Below are positions 7,580 to 17,251 of a stretch of DNA of 64,000 bases, piece after piece (position 1 is the first letter of the stretch; every line of letters starts with the position of its first letter). Position numbers and translations under genes: made by a program. The DNA lies in assembly GCA_965250285.1 (NCBI GenBank), contig OZ252299.1:5248001-5312000 (forward strand). The letters run 5' to 3'. This DNA comes from Myxococcota bacterium (GTDB lineage Bacteria > Myxococcota_A > UBA9160 > UBA4427). The notes under the pieces are model-generated. The model searched no databases. It saw only the letters and a program-made list of their open reading frames with translations, and was not told the DNA's origin.

Positions 7580-10392
7580 GCGCGACCGAACCGATTCACG
7601 TGCGTGCGCCGGTCACCCTCGAGATCGACGGGCGGTCGGTCACGGTCGAAGCGGGGACGTCGCTCTACGACGCGATCGTGCAGTCGGGGGGCGACGTGCC
7701 GGTGCTCTGCCACGACCCCAAGCTGCGGCCGGTCGGCGTGTGTCGCGTATGCTCGGTCGAGGTCGAAGGAGCACGCACCCTGGTGGCTTCGTGCGTGCGT
7801 GATGCCGAGCCGGGCATGGTCGTGCGCACGCAGAGCGAGCGCGTGCGCCGCGCGCAGACGGGTCTGGTCGAGCTGCTCATGGCCGAGCAGCTCGAAGCGT
7901 CGCGCCGCGAAACCGAGACGGGCGACGACCTGCTCTTCGATCTCGCGCGCGCACTCGACGTCGATGCAGCGCCGCGGTCCACGCGCGCGCGCCCGGTCGA
8001 CGATTCGTCACCGGTGATCCACGTCGATCACCAGGCCTGCATCCTGTGCGATCGCTGCATTCGAGCCTGCGACGAGGTGCAGTGCAATCACGTGATCGGG
8101 CGAACGGGCAAGGGGGGCAGCGCGCGAATCGCCTTCGATCTCGATCAGCCGATGGGCGAGTCGACGTGCGTGAGCTGCGGCGAGTGCGCGGCGGCCTGCC
8201 CGACGGGCGCGCTCGTCGATCAGGGCCTGCAGGCGCCCCTTCGGCCGCGTGAGGTGCTCGAGCCGGTCGACTCGGTCTGCCCGTACTGCGGAGTTGGGTG
8301 CGCGGTGCGATACCACGTCGATCGCGACGCCAACCAGGTCGTCTTCGCCGAAGGCCGAAGCGAGCGTGGCAATCAGGGTCGGCTCTGCGTGAAGGGGCGC
8401 TACGGCTGGGACTACTCCGGCCACGCGCATCGCCTCACGAAGCCGCTGATCCGCGTCGACTACCCGAAGCGTGCGCTGTCGACCGAGGTGCAGGGGGCGC
8501 AGCGGAGGCGCGGCAAGCCGGGCGGCGTCGTCGACTACGACGAGGTGATGCCGGCCTTTCGCGAAGCCAGCTGGGAAGAGGCGCTCGATCTCGTAGCGGC
8601 TCGGCTCGGCGCGATTCGCGACACCGACGGCCCGTCGGCGCTCGCGGGCTTCGGTTCGGCCAAGTGCAGCAACGAAGAGGCGTATCTCTTCCAGAAGCTG
8701 GTGCGCGTCGGCTTCGGCACGAACAACGTCGATCACTGCACGCGGCTATGCCACGCCTCGAGCGTGGCTGCGCTGCTCGAGATGATCGGCTCGGGTGCCG
8801 TCACGACGAGCTACGGCGACGTCGTCAATGCCGAGCTGGCGCTCGTCACTGGCAGCAACGCGAGCGCGAACCATCCGGTCGCTGCGACGTTCTTCAAGCA
8901 GGCGGCGGCCGCGGGCACCAAGCTTCTGATCGTCGACCCTCGCTGGACGCCCCTTTGCGACCACGCCTGGCGCTTCTGCCAGATTCGATCGGGCACCGAT
9001 GTCGCCTTCTACAACGCGATGATGCACGTGATCATCGAAGAGGGTCTCGTCGACGAGGCGTACGTTCGCGCGCACACGCGCGACTTCGAGCGCGTCGCCG
9101 AGAACGTGCGCGACGTGACACCCGAGCGCGCAGCGGCGATCTGCGGCGTGCCTGCCGAGACGATCCGCGAGGTCGCTCTCGAGTACGGCCGCGCGAAGGG
9201 GGCGATCACGTACTGGGGCATGGGCATGAGCCAGCACGTGCACGGCACCGACAACTGCCGCTGCATCATCTCGCTCGCCTTGATGACGGGTAATATCGGT
9301 CGCCACGGCGCGGGGCTGCACCCTCTGCGCGGACAGAACAACGTGCAGGGGGCAAGCGACGCGGGCCTGATCCCGATGGTCTTCCCCGACTATCAGCGCG
9401 TCGACGACGCCGAGGTGCGCGCGAAATTCGAGGCGGCGTGGGGCGTCGAGCTCGATGGCGAGCCGGGGTTGACCGTCGTCGAGATCATGAAGGCGGCCGG
9501 GCGGGGCGAGATCAAGGGCATGTACATGCTCGGCGAGAACCCGTTTCTCAGCGATCCCGACACGAACGCGGTGCGCAAGGCCCTCGCGAGCCTCGACTTC
9601 CTCGTGGTGCAGGACATCTTTCTCACCGAGACGGCCGAGTTCGCCGACGTCGTGCTGCCGGCCACGAGCCAGCTCGAGAAGTCGGGCACGTACACGAACA
9701 CCGATCGGCGCGTGCAGCTCGGTCGCCCCGTCGTCACGCCGCCCGGCGAGGCGCGCCTCGACTGGCAGATCATCCAACAGCTCTCGACCCGGCTCGGCTA
9801 CGCCATGGCGTACGAATCGACCGAGCAGATCTTCGACGAGATGACCGCGCTCACGCACGCGTACCAGGGTCTCTCCCACGACCTGCTGGGCGCCGACGGC
9901 AAGCTCTACCCCTGCGACGATCCCGAGCACGAAGAGGGCACCGAGGTCATGTTCGGCGACGGCTTCCCCACCGAGGACGGGCGCGCGCGCTTCGTGCCCG
10001 CCGTGCACGCGGGCGCCGACGAGCTGCCCGACGCGCAGTACCCGTTCGTGCTCGTGACGGGTCGTGTGCTCGAGCACTGGCATACTGGTGTGATGACCCG
10101 CCGGGCCAAGGCCCTCGCGGCCATCGAGCCCGAGGCGTTCGCCGACCTGAACGAAGACGATGCGGCTCGCCTCGGGGTCGCGACCGGCGACTGGGTGCGC
10201 ATCGCGTCGCGTCGCGGTGAGATTCGACTCGCTGCGCGGGTGGGGACGAGCGTGCAGCCGGGCTCGGTCTTCGTGCCGTTCCACTTTCGCGAGGCCGCGG
10301 CGAATCTGTTGACGAATCCGCGGCTGGATCCGGATGGGAAGATTCCGGAGTTCAAGTTTGCGGCGGTGACGGTGGAGGCGGATCGGGGGTGA
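7576..10392 (+). CDS. fdhF: Formate dehydrogenase alpha subunit (Mo/W-bis-PGD, Cys ligand)
   Basis: N-terminal 2Fe-2S and 4Fe-4S domains; CPYCGVGC, RLCVKG, DHCTRLCHAS and LRGQNNVQG; C-terminal PEFK; ATGA overlap with the upstream gene. Confidence 0.92.
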   Translation: MSATEPIHVRAPVTLEIDGRSVTVEAGTSLYDAIVQSGGDVPVLCHDPKLRPVGVCRVCSVEVEGARTLVASCVRDAEPGMVVRTQSERVRRAQTGLVELLMAEQLEASRRETETGDDLLFDLARALDVDAAPRSTRARPVDDSSPVIHVDHQACILCDRCIRACDEVQCNHVIGRTGKGGSARIAFDLDQPMGESTCVSCGECAAACPTGALVDQGLQAPLRPREVLEPVDSVCPYCGVGCAVRYHVDRDANQVVFAEGRSERGNQGRLCVKGRYGWDYSGHAHRLTKPLIRVDYPKRALSTEVQGAQRRRGKPGGVVDYDEVMPAFREASWEEALDLVAARLGAIRDTDGPSALAGFGSAKCSNEEAYLFQKLVRVGFGTNNVDHCTRLCHASSVAALLEMIGSGAVTTSYGDVVNAELALVTGSNASANHPVAATFFKQAAAAGTKLLIVDPRWTPLCDHAWRFCQIRSGTDVAFYNAMMHVIIEEGLVDEAYVRAHTRDFERVAENVRDVTPERAAAICGVPAETIREVALEYGRAKGAITYWGMGMSQHVHGTDNCRCIISLALMTGNIGRHGAGLHPLRGQNNVQGASDAGLIPMVFPDYQRVDDAEVRAKFEAAWGVELDGEPGLTVVEIMKAAGRGEIKGMYMLGENPFLSDPDTNAVRKALASLDFLVVQDIFLTETAEFADVVLPATSQLEKSGTYTNTDRRVQLGRPVVTPPGEARLDWQIIQQLSTRLGYAMAYESTEQIFDEMTALTHAYQGLSHDLLGADGKLYPCDDPEHEEGTEVMFGDGFPTEDGRARFVPAVHAGADELPDAQYPFVLVTGRVLEHWHTGVMTRRAKALAAIEPEAFADLNEDDAARLGVATGDWVRIASRRGEIRLAARVGTSVQPGSVFVPFHFREAAANLLTNPRLDPDGKIPEFKFAAVTVEADRG

Positions 10393-10403
10393 GTGGCCGG
10401 GGG

Positions 10404-10536
10404 TTCGCATTCTGGGGGCGGCGTCCTCAGACTGCGTCGGGCCCGCCTTGCCGCGTTGAATCGATGTCGCCGGAGGCGCCGCGTCTTGCTCGGGCTGGCC
10501 CGACTTCGATTGCGGGCGCCGCCCCCAGAATGCGAA
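10404..10536 (+). repeat. Structured hairpin repeat family A, copy 2
   Basis: TTCGCATTCTGGGGGCGGCG-TCCTCAGA ... TTCGATTGCGGG-CGCCGCCCCCAGAATGCGAA. Confidence 0.9.
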
Positions 10537-10606
10537 GTCGGATCGCCTCGGTCGCAACGCATCGTTGGCGCAGACTCGAGGCTCCTTTGGATGGGGTAAA
10601 GGGGCG

Positions 10607-11878
10607 CTAGAAGCGGTCGAGGTGCCAGGTGGCGGAGAGGAGGCCGAGGCGGAAGGTGGGGCAGTCGGTCGGGCCGGGGAGGGTGAGGCTCGTCGTTCGC
10701 TCGCCCTCGGCCGGGATGTCGGCGACGTCGACGGCGGCACCGGTCTCGCCGCAGTCGATCTCGATCGTGGCCGTGGCGACGGCGCGCGGCGCGCGGTTGC
10801 CGATGGTCACATCGAACTCGAGACGTTCGCCGCCGTGGTTCACGCCCCGCGCTTTGAGGTCGAGCCAGGGGCGAATGTCGTGTCGCCGATCGCCGGGGCT
10901 CGGGTCGAGGTGGATCCGCTTTCGATCGTGATCGATCTCGACGCGGAACTGGCTCGAGACGTTCAGGCCGAGCAGCCCCGACCGGCCGGGCGCCGTGCAC
11001 GAAGGGCACGCCGCCACCGTCACCCACTCGACCGGCGCGTCGCCGAGCCAGACGGCGTCGAGCAGCACGAGCGGCGCGTCGATCGGGCCGCCAGCCGTGT
11101 TGAGGGTCACCCGCGGCGCATTGCGCGGCACGTCGACGTCGATCTCGGCCAGGGCGTCGGGCGTCACCGTGGTGAACGAGGCGCCCGTATCGAAGATCAT
11201 GCGGAACCGGTCGCCGAAGTCGGGCCCATCCAGAGCGACCTCGACATCGAGCTCGCGGCCGTCGCCTCGGTAGGCCAGCACGACGGGCGCGGTCGGTGCG
11301 GGATCGGGGCGCGCGACCGGGGTGCGGGTCGAGGGGCGGGGCGCCGTCTCGTCGGGCTGCGGCTTCGAAGCGGAGGGTGACGTCGCGGCCTGGGGCGTGG
11401 CGATCGCGAGCGGCTCGGGGGGCTTCTCGCCCTCGGCGCCGAGCCAGCTGGCCAGGGTGCCGACGAAGCTCCCGGCCGGCTCACGCAGCGGGCCGAGGTG
11501 CGCCGCGAAGAGCACGTCGGCGCCGCGGCGCGCCGCTTCACGGCGCTCGCCGGGGGCGAAGCCCGGCACGGTCAGGAGGAGGGCGATTGTCCAGATCCAG
11601 GCCGAGAGGACTCGGGCGACCCGGCGGCCGGCGTCCGATGAGCCGGCGCCGATCGCGCGAAACCCCGATGCGAGCCCGACGACCGGCAACAGCGCCACCG
11701 CGAGCGCCGCGGTGAGGGCGAGCGACGTCGATGCCCCCGTTTGCAGCCCGAGGCCCAGCAGTACGCAGGTCGCGACGCCAAGGGGTACCCCGAGAACCAC
11801 GGCCTCGACCGCGACGTCGAAGGCACGGATGGGACGCGGTGAGCGAGTGGATCCGAGCCGACTCATGGGACGGTGCAT
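10607..11878 (-). CDS. Membrane-anchored retropepsin-like (clan AA) aspartic protease
   Basis: IFDTGAS catalytic motif, TAGG flap and GLLGLN; N-terminal TM helices and a Pro-rich linker; start uncertain. Confidence 0.8.
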   Translation of the reverse strand: MHRPMSRLGSTRSPRPIRAFDVAVEAVVLGVPLGVATCVLLGLGLQTGASTSLALTAALAVALLPVVGLASGFRAIGAGSSDAGRRVARVLSAWIWTIALLLTVPGFAPGERREAARRGADVLFAAHLGPLREPAGSFVGTLASWLGAEGEKPPEPLAIATPQAATSPSASKPQPDETAPRPSTRTPVARPDPAPTAPVVLAYRGDGRELDVEVALDGPDFGDRFRMIFDTGASFTTVTPDALAEIDVDVPRNAPRVTLNTAGGPIDAPLVLLDAVWLGDAPVEWVTVAACPSCTAPGRSGLLGLNVSSQFRVEIDHDRKRIHLDPSPGDRRHDIRPWLDLKARGVNHGGERLEFDVTIGNRAPRAVATATIEIDCGETGAAVDVADIPAEGERTTSLTLPGPTDCPTFRLGLLSATWHLDRF

Positions 11879-12045
11879 CTCCCTCGCGCGGTCGCTGTCT
11901 CGCGTGCTGGCTCCGGCGCTCGCTGCCGGGCCGGCGCCGGGCCCGCTCGCTCACCCGATCAGCCGGATCGTGGGGCGACGACCGGTCCTTCATGGATGCT
12001 GCCCTCGAACGTATCGTTCCGGCACCCTGCTAACATCCCGCGATC

Positions 12046-12924
12046 ATGCGTAGCCGGACCGACCGACTCCGACAGCGCTCCCTCGTCATCCTGGTCACGC
12101 TGCTGGTTTCGGCCCAGACCGGGTGCTCGCTCATCATGGGGCGGGTCACTTCGGGCGTGGCCGACAGCCTGACGGTGGCCGTGCTGGCCCAGGATGATCC
12201 CGAGCTCGTGCGCGATGGTGCTCCTGCGTACCTGATCGCGCTCGATGGCTTGATCGAGGGAGATCCCGACAACCTCGACCTGCTGATGAGCGGCGCGAGC
12301 CTCTACGGCTCGTATGCCGGCGCGTTCGTCGAAGATCCCGAGCGGGCCGCGCGGCTGGCGACGCGCGCTCGCGGCTACGGCGACCGCGCGATCTGCGTGC
12401 GCAAGAAAGAGTTCTGCGGGCTCTCGGAGAAACCCTTCGACGAGTTCGTCCTCGCGCTCGATGACGTGAAAGAGAAGGATCTGCCCGCGCTCTACAGCTA
12501 CGGCAGCGCCTGGGCGGGCTGGATCCAGGCGAACTCGGCCGACTGGGCCGCCATCGCCGACCTGCCCAAGGTGCAGGCCGTCATGGAGAAAGTGGTCGAG
12601 CTCGACCCCGAGATCGAGGACGGCCAGGCGTGGATGTACCTCGGCGTGCTCTACACGCTGCGCCCCGCCTCGCTCGGTGGCAAGCCCGAGAAGGGCCGGG
12701 AGGCCTTCGAGCGCGCACTCGTCGTCTCGAACCGGCGTAATCTCTTCGTCCATGTGATGTACGCCAAGCAGTACGCCCGGCTCGTCTTCGACCAGGAGCT
12801 GCACGACGCGCTGCTCACCGAAGCGCTCGAGGCCGATCCGGTCGAGCCCGATCTCACGCTCATCAATACGATTGCCCAGCAGCAGGCGGCCGACCTGCTC
12901 GAAGACGGCAAGGACTACTTCTGA
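12046..12924 (+). CDS. tatT: TRAP transporter T-component lipoprotein (TatT)
   Basis: Lipobox-like QTGC, DDPELVRDGAPAYL, PASLGGKPE and YARLVFDQELHD; first gene of a dctPQM operon. Confidence 0.85.
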   Translation: MRSRTDRLRQRSLVILVTLLVSAQTGCSLIMGRVTSGVADSLTVAVLAQDDPELVRDGAPAYLIALDGLIEGDPDNLDLLMSGASLYGSYAGAFVEDPERAARLATRARGYGDRAICVRKKEFCGLSEKPFDEFVLALDDVKEKDLPALYSYGSAWAGWIQANSADWAAIADLPKVQAVMEKVVELDPEIEDGQAWMYLGVLYTLRPASLGGKPEKGREAFERALVVSNRRNLFVHVMYAKQYARLVFDQELHDALLTEALEADPVEPDLTLINTIAQQQAADLLEDGKDYF

Positions 12925-12999
12925 TCCACTCTCAAGCCGCGCGCGGCCGCCGCCTCTGAGCGCACGGCCCGCCGCGTGATCCATTTTCGAGGAGACGAC

Positions 13000-14037
13000 A
13001 TGCTGATCTCGAGAGAGGCCCGGACGCGGGCGCTCGCCTGGGCCCTCGCGCTCTCGCTGGTGGTGGGTGCCGCCGGCGCAGCCACCGCCAAGACCCTGAA
13101 GCTCGCCACCGTCATGCCCGACGGCAGCAGCTGGCTCGTCGAGATGCGCGCCGCAGGCAAGCAGATCGAGACCGACACCGACGGTCGGGTCAAGATCAAG
13201 TTCTATCCCGGCGGCGTCATGGGCAACGACAAGACCGTGATGCGCAAGATCCGCGTGGGCCAGCTCCACGGCGGCGCCTTCACCAGCGGTGCCCTCGCGC
13301 CGGTCTATCCCGACATCGACCTCTACAGCCTGCCGCTCCTCTTTCGCACGTTCGACGAGGTCGACTACGTGCGCGAGCGCACCGACGACACGCTCAAGGA
13401 AGGGCTCGAGCAGGCCGGCTTCGTGCCGCTCGCGCTGACCGATGGCGGCTTTGCCTACATCGCGTCGCAGGAGCCCCTGCGCCAGGTCGAAGATCTCTCG
13501 GGCGCGAAGGTGTGGATGCCCGAAGACGACATCATGAGTGAAACGGCCTTCGAGGTCGCGGGCGTGGCGCCCGTGCCGCTGCCGATCGCCGACGTCTACA
13601 CGGCGCTGCAGACCGGCCTCGTCGACACCGTAGCGGCGCCGCCGGCAGGCTTCATCGCCTTTCAGTGGCACACGAAGGTCAAGTACTTCACCGACGTGCC
13701 GTTGATGTATCTGATCGGCATCCTCGCCGTCGACGCGAAGTCGTTCTCGAAGCTCTCGGCCGAAGACCAGCAGGTGGTGCGAAGCCGCTTCGCAGAGGCT
13801 GCGGTGAAGCTCGACGCCGAAAACCGCAGTGGTGACGAGAACGCGCGCGACGCCCTCAAGAAGCAAGGCATCGAGTTCATCGCGGCTTCGAGCGACGAAG
13901 AGGTGGCGCGCTGGCAGCAGATGAGCGAAGACACGCGCGCGAAGCTGCGCGAGCTCGATCGCTATGACGACGGTCTGATCGACCGGATCCTGCAGTACCT
14001 CGACGAGTATCGATCGGGCACGGCCGCGAACCAGTGA
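13000..14037 (+). CDS. dctP: TRAP substrate-binding protein
   Basis: Signal peptide; LKLATVMPDGS, FYPGGVMG and DVYTALQTGLVD. Confidence 0.92.
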   Translation: MLISREARTRALAWALALSLVVGAAGAATAKTLKLATVMPDGSSWLVEMRAAGKQIETDTDGRVKIKFYPGGVMGNDKTVMRKIRVGQLHGGAFTSGALAPVYPDIDLYSLPLLFRTFDEVDYVRERTDDTLKEGLEQAGFVPLALTDGGFAYIASQEPLRQVEDLSGAKVWMPEDDIMSETAFEVAGVAPVPLPIADVYTALQTGLVDTVAAPPAGFIAFQWHTKVKYFTDVPLMYLIGILAVDAKSFSKLSAEDQQVVRSRFAEAAVKLDAENRSGDENARDALKKQGIEFIAASSDEEVARWQQMSEDTRAKLRELDRYDDGLIDRILQYLDEYRSGTAANQ

Positions 14038-14582
14038 GTCTCGAAGATCAAGCGGAGCATCTGGGGGACGATCCGCCCGGCGCCGACGTCGAAGCGGGTC
14101 TCATTGGTGTCGTGCACAAGATCGAGGATGCGTTTCTCTCTCTCTTGCTCGGCGTCATGGTGTTGCTCGCGCCACTCCAGATCTTCTTGCGCAACTTCTT
14201 CGACGAAGGCGTGACCTGGGGCGATCCGCTGCTCCGGGTGCTCGTGCTCTGGGTCGGTCTGCTCGGCGCCGTCAGCGCCGCGCGCGGCGACCGACACATC
14301 ACGATCGACGTGCTCTCGCGCTTCGTCGGCGACAAGCTGCGTCTCTCGCTGCGCATCGTGACGAGTCTCTTCACCGTCATCGTCTGCGGGCTCGTCGCCT
14401 GGTACAGCGGTGAGTTCGTCGCCCTCGAGCGCGAGTTCGAGAGCGAGGCCTTCGCGGGGATGCCCGCCTGGATCATGCAGGTCGTGATCCCCTTCGCGTT
14501 CGCCGTGATCGGCCTGCGCTACCTCGCTTACGCCGTCGGCGACGGCATGCGGCTCGCGCGCGGGGAGGGCCCCGGCGAATGA
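14034..14582 (+). CDS. dctQ: TRAP small permease
   Basis: 4 TM segments and HITIDVL; overlaps both neighbours. Confidence 0.9.
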   Translation: MSLEDQAEHLGDDPPGADVEAGLIGVVHKIEDAFLSLLLGVMVLLAPLQIFLRNFFDEGVTWGDPLLRVLVLWVGLLGAVSAARGDRHITIDVLSRFVGDKLRLSLRIVTSLFTVIVCGLVAWYSGEFVALEREFESEAFAGMPAWIMQVVIPFAFAVIGLRYLAYAVGDGMRLARGEGPGE

Positions 14583-15853
14583 TCTCGCTGCTGCTCATTC
14601 TGCTCGCGCTCGCTGGCGCGCCGCTCTTCGCCGTGATCGCCGCAAGCGCGATGCTCGGCTTCTCGAGCGAAGACGTCGACCTCTCGGTGATGGGGATCGA
14701 GATCTACCGCCTGGCCGAGATGCCGGTGCTGCTGGCGATCCCGCTCTTCACGTTCGCGGGCTATCTGCTCGGCGAGAGCGACGCCCCGAAGCGGCTCGTC
14801 CGCCTGACCAATGCACTGCTCGGCTGGCTCTCGGGCGGTCTCGCGATCGTATCGCTCGCCGCGTGCGCGCTCTTCACGGCCTTCACGGGTGCGTCGGGTG
14901 TGACGATCGTCGCGCTCGGTGCGTTGCTCTACCCCGCGCTTCGCCAGGCGAACTACAGCGAGAAGTTCAGTCTGGGTCTCGTCACGACGTCGGGTAGCCT
15001 GGGCCTGCTCTTCGCGCCGGCGCTGCCGCTCATTCTCTACGGTGTCGTCGCGCAGCAGATGGATCTCGATGAGCCCGTGCGGATCGACGACCTCTTCGCG
15101 GCCGGGCTGGTACCGGGTCTGCTGATGGTGGTGGCGCTCTCGATCTACAGCATGTGGGCCACGCGCGGCGGTGTCGAAGAAGAGCGCCAGGCCTTCACGT
15201 GGGGGGAGGCCTGGGGGGCGATCAAGGACGCTGGCTGGGAGATCCCCCTGCCGCTCGTCGTGCTGGGTGGCATCTACGGTGGCTTCTTCGCGCTGAGCGA
15301 AGCGGCGGCGGTCACGGCGCTCTACGTGCTCGTCGTCGAGGTCGGCATTCGGCGCGAGATCAAGCTGACCGCGCTGCCCGCCGTGATGCGAGAATCGATG
15401 GTGCTCGTCGGAGCCATCGTCGTGATCCTCGGCGTCTCGCTCGCGTCGACCAACTACATGATCGACACCGAGGTGCCGACCCGGCTCTTCGACGTGATCC
15501 GCGCGCACATCGACAGCAAGCTCACATTCCTGATGCTGCTCAACATCTTCCTGCTCGCGCTGGGGATGATGCTCGACATCTTCTCGGCGCTGGTCATCGT
15601 GGTGCCGATTATCCTGCCGATCGCCATCGGCTACGGCATCCATCCCGTGCATCTGGGCATCATCTTTCTCGCCAACATGCAGATCGGCTACATCACGCCG
15701 CCGGTCGGGATGAACCTCTTCATCGCGAGCTATCGCTTCGAGAAGCCGGTGCTCGAGGTCTACAAGGCGACGGTGCCGTTCTTCGTGATCCTGTTGGTCA
15801 GCGTGCTGATCATCACGTACTGGCCGGCGCTCTCGCTCTTCTTGATCCAGTAG
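14579..15853 (+). CDS. dctM: TRAP large permease
   Basis: LLAIPLFTFAG, GIHPVHLGII and ITPPVGMNLF. Confidence 0.93.
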   Translation: MISLLLILLALAGAPLFAVIAASAMLGFSSEDVDLSVMGIEIYRLAEMPVLLAIPLFTFAGYLLGESDAPKRLVRLTNALLGWLSGGLAIVSLAACALFTAFTGASGVTIVALGALLYPALRQANYSEKFSLGLVTTSGSLGLLFAPALPLILYGVVAQQMDLDEPVRIDDLFAAGLVPGLLMVVALSIYSMWATRGGVEEERQAFTWGEAWGAIKDAGWEIPLPLVVLGGIYGGFFALSEAAAVTALYVLVVEVGIRREIKLTALPAVMRESMVLVGAIVVILGVSLASTNYMIDTEVPTRLFDVIRAHIDSKLTFLMLLNIFLLALGMMLDIFSALVIVVPIILPIAIGYGIHPVHLGIIFLANMQIGYITPPVGMNLFIASYRFEKPVLEVYKATVPFFVILLVSVLIITYWPALSLFLIQ

Positions 15854-15869
15854 CGGCCTCGCGGTGGGG

Positions 15870-17114
15870 TCAGGCTTTGCTCTCGGCTGCGGCTGCGGCT
15901 TCGGCTGCCGGCGCACCCGGCACGCGCAGCCAGGCGAGCAGCACGGCGGCGATGCCGATCGCACCGACGAAGAGCTGCAGCGCGGTCACGTAGCTGCCCG
16001 TCGTGTCGCGGCTCCAGCCTGCGATCGGGTAGCCCAGCATCACCAGCACGCTGATCGCGGGTGAGATGAGGCCCATCGCGCGGCCGAAGCTCGCGACGCC
16101 GAACACCGCGGCGACGAGCGCGCCCCAGATCGGCAGCATGCCGCCGGTAGCGAGCCCCATGAGCACGGCTGCGACATAGAGCACCCACTGCTTGGGCTCG
16201 ATCGCGAGCAGCGCTATGCCAACGCCAGCGAGGAGCAGCGCGAGCCAGAGGCCGACACGAAGCGGAATGCGATCGGCGAGCGCACCGAAGGCGAGTTTGC
16301 CGATGAAGCCGAAGAAGGCGATGGTGCTCAGCAGCTGCGTCGCGAGCGAGGCGTCGAACGAGAGCGTCTCGACGTACTTGCCGAGGTTGCTCATCACTGC
16401 GGTGTAGCTCATGAAGAGGAGCCCGAGGCAGAGGCTCATCAGCCAGTAGCCCGGCGCGCGCAGAATGTCGGGCGTCGTCCACGCCTCGCTCGGCGCGTTG
16501 GCAGCCGAGGGGGCGGCCGCATCGGCGCCGTCCGGGGTCGGCTGTGCCGGCGGATGATCTCGGAGCGCGAACACGAGCAGCGGCGCCACGGCCACCACCA
16601 CGGTCGCGGCCAGCGCGCGCATCGCGCCGCGCCAGCCGAATTCACCGATCCAGAGCTCGAGCAGCTGCGGCAGCACGACGCCGCCTACCGACGTGCCCAT
16701 CGCCGCGATGCCGAGGGCCTTGCCGCGATTCTCGTCGAACCAGCGAGAGACGACCGCCGAACCGGTGAGCGGCCCGAGCAGCGTGGCCCCGGTGCCGATC
16801 AGCAGCGCGAAGACCAACGCGAACTGCGTGACGCTGGTCGAGACCGACATCAGCATGAGTCCGGCCGCGAGCGAAGCGCAGCCGATCAGCATCAGGCCTC
16901 GCGCCGACCAGCGATCGACGAGCGGGCCGAAGAGCGGGGCCGATGCGATGCCGGCGAGCCCGGCGCCGGACATGCTCCACATGACGTCGGTGACGCTGGC
17001 GTCGAACGCCTCCTGAACGGGCACGACGAAGAGCGGAAACCCGTACGAATAGAAGCCAGACATGAAGAGCTGCGCGACGAAGACGCTCGCGACGATCCAC
17101 CAACCCGAGTGCAT
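15870..17114 (-). CDS. MFS transporter (monocarboxylate/OFA-like)
   Basis: 12 TM segments; GPLVDRWSAR, SRWFDENRGKALG and GALADR. Confidence 0.85.
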   Translation of the reverse strand: MHSGWWIVASVFVAQLFMSGFYSYGFPLFVVPVQEAFDASVTDVMWSMSGAGLAGIASAPLFGPLVDRWSARGLMLIGCASLAAGLMLMSVSTSVTQFALVFALLIGTGATLLGPLTGSAVVSRWFDENRGKALGIAAMGTSVGGVVLPQLLELWIGEFGWRGAMRALAATVVVAVAPLLVFALRDHPPAQPTPDGADAAAPSAANAPSEAWTTPDILRAPGYWLMSLCLGLLFMSYTAVMSNLGKYVETLSFDASLATQLLSTIAFFGFIGKLAFGALADRIPLRVGLWLALLLAGVGIALLAIEPKQWVLYVAAVLMGLATGGMLPIWGALVAAVFGVASFGRAMGLISPAISVLVMLGYPIAGWSRDTTGSYVTALQLFVGAIGIAAVLLAWLRVPGAPAAEAAAAAESKA

Positions 17115-17251
17115 TCGGTCTCGTCCTCGCTGGCCCTTCGGGCCGTGCACTGCACCGCCACGTGCGCCGCGCCGGTGGACGACGCGACGGCGCCGCGCCT
17201 CGCGTCGAGCCTAGTCGAAACCGGCGCCGGTCACATCGAGGACCGAAAGCC

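Noticed and set aside
8735..8760. Selenocysteine in the formate dehydrogenase
   Set aside because: The active-site codon is TGC (Cys) and the ORF has no in-frame TGA.
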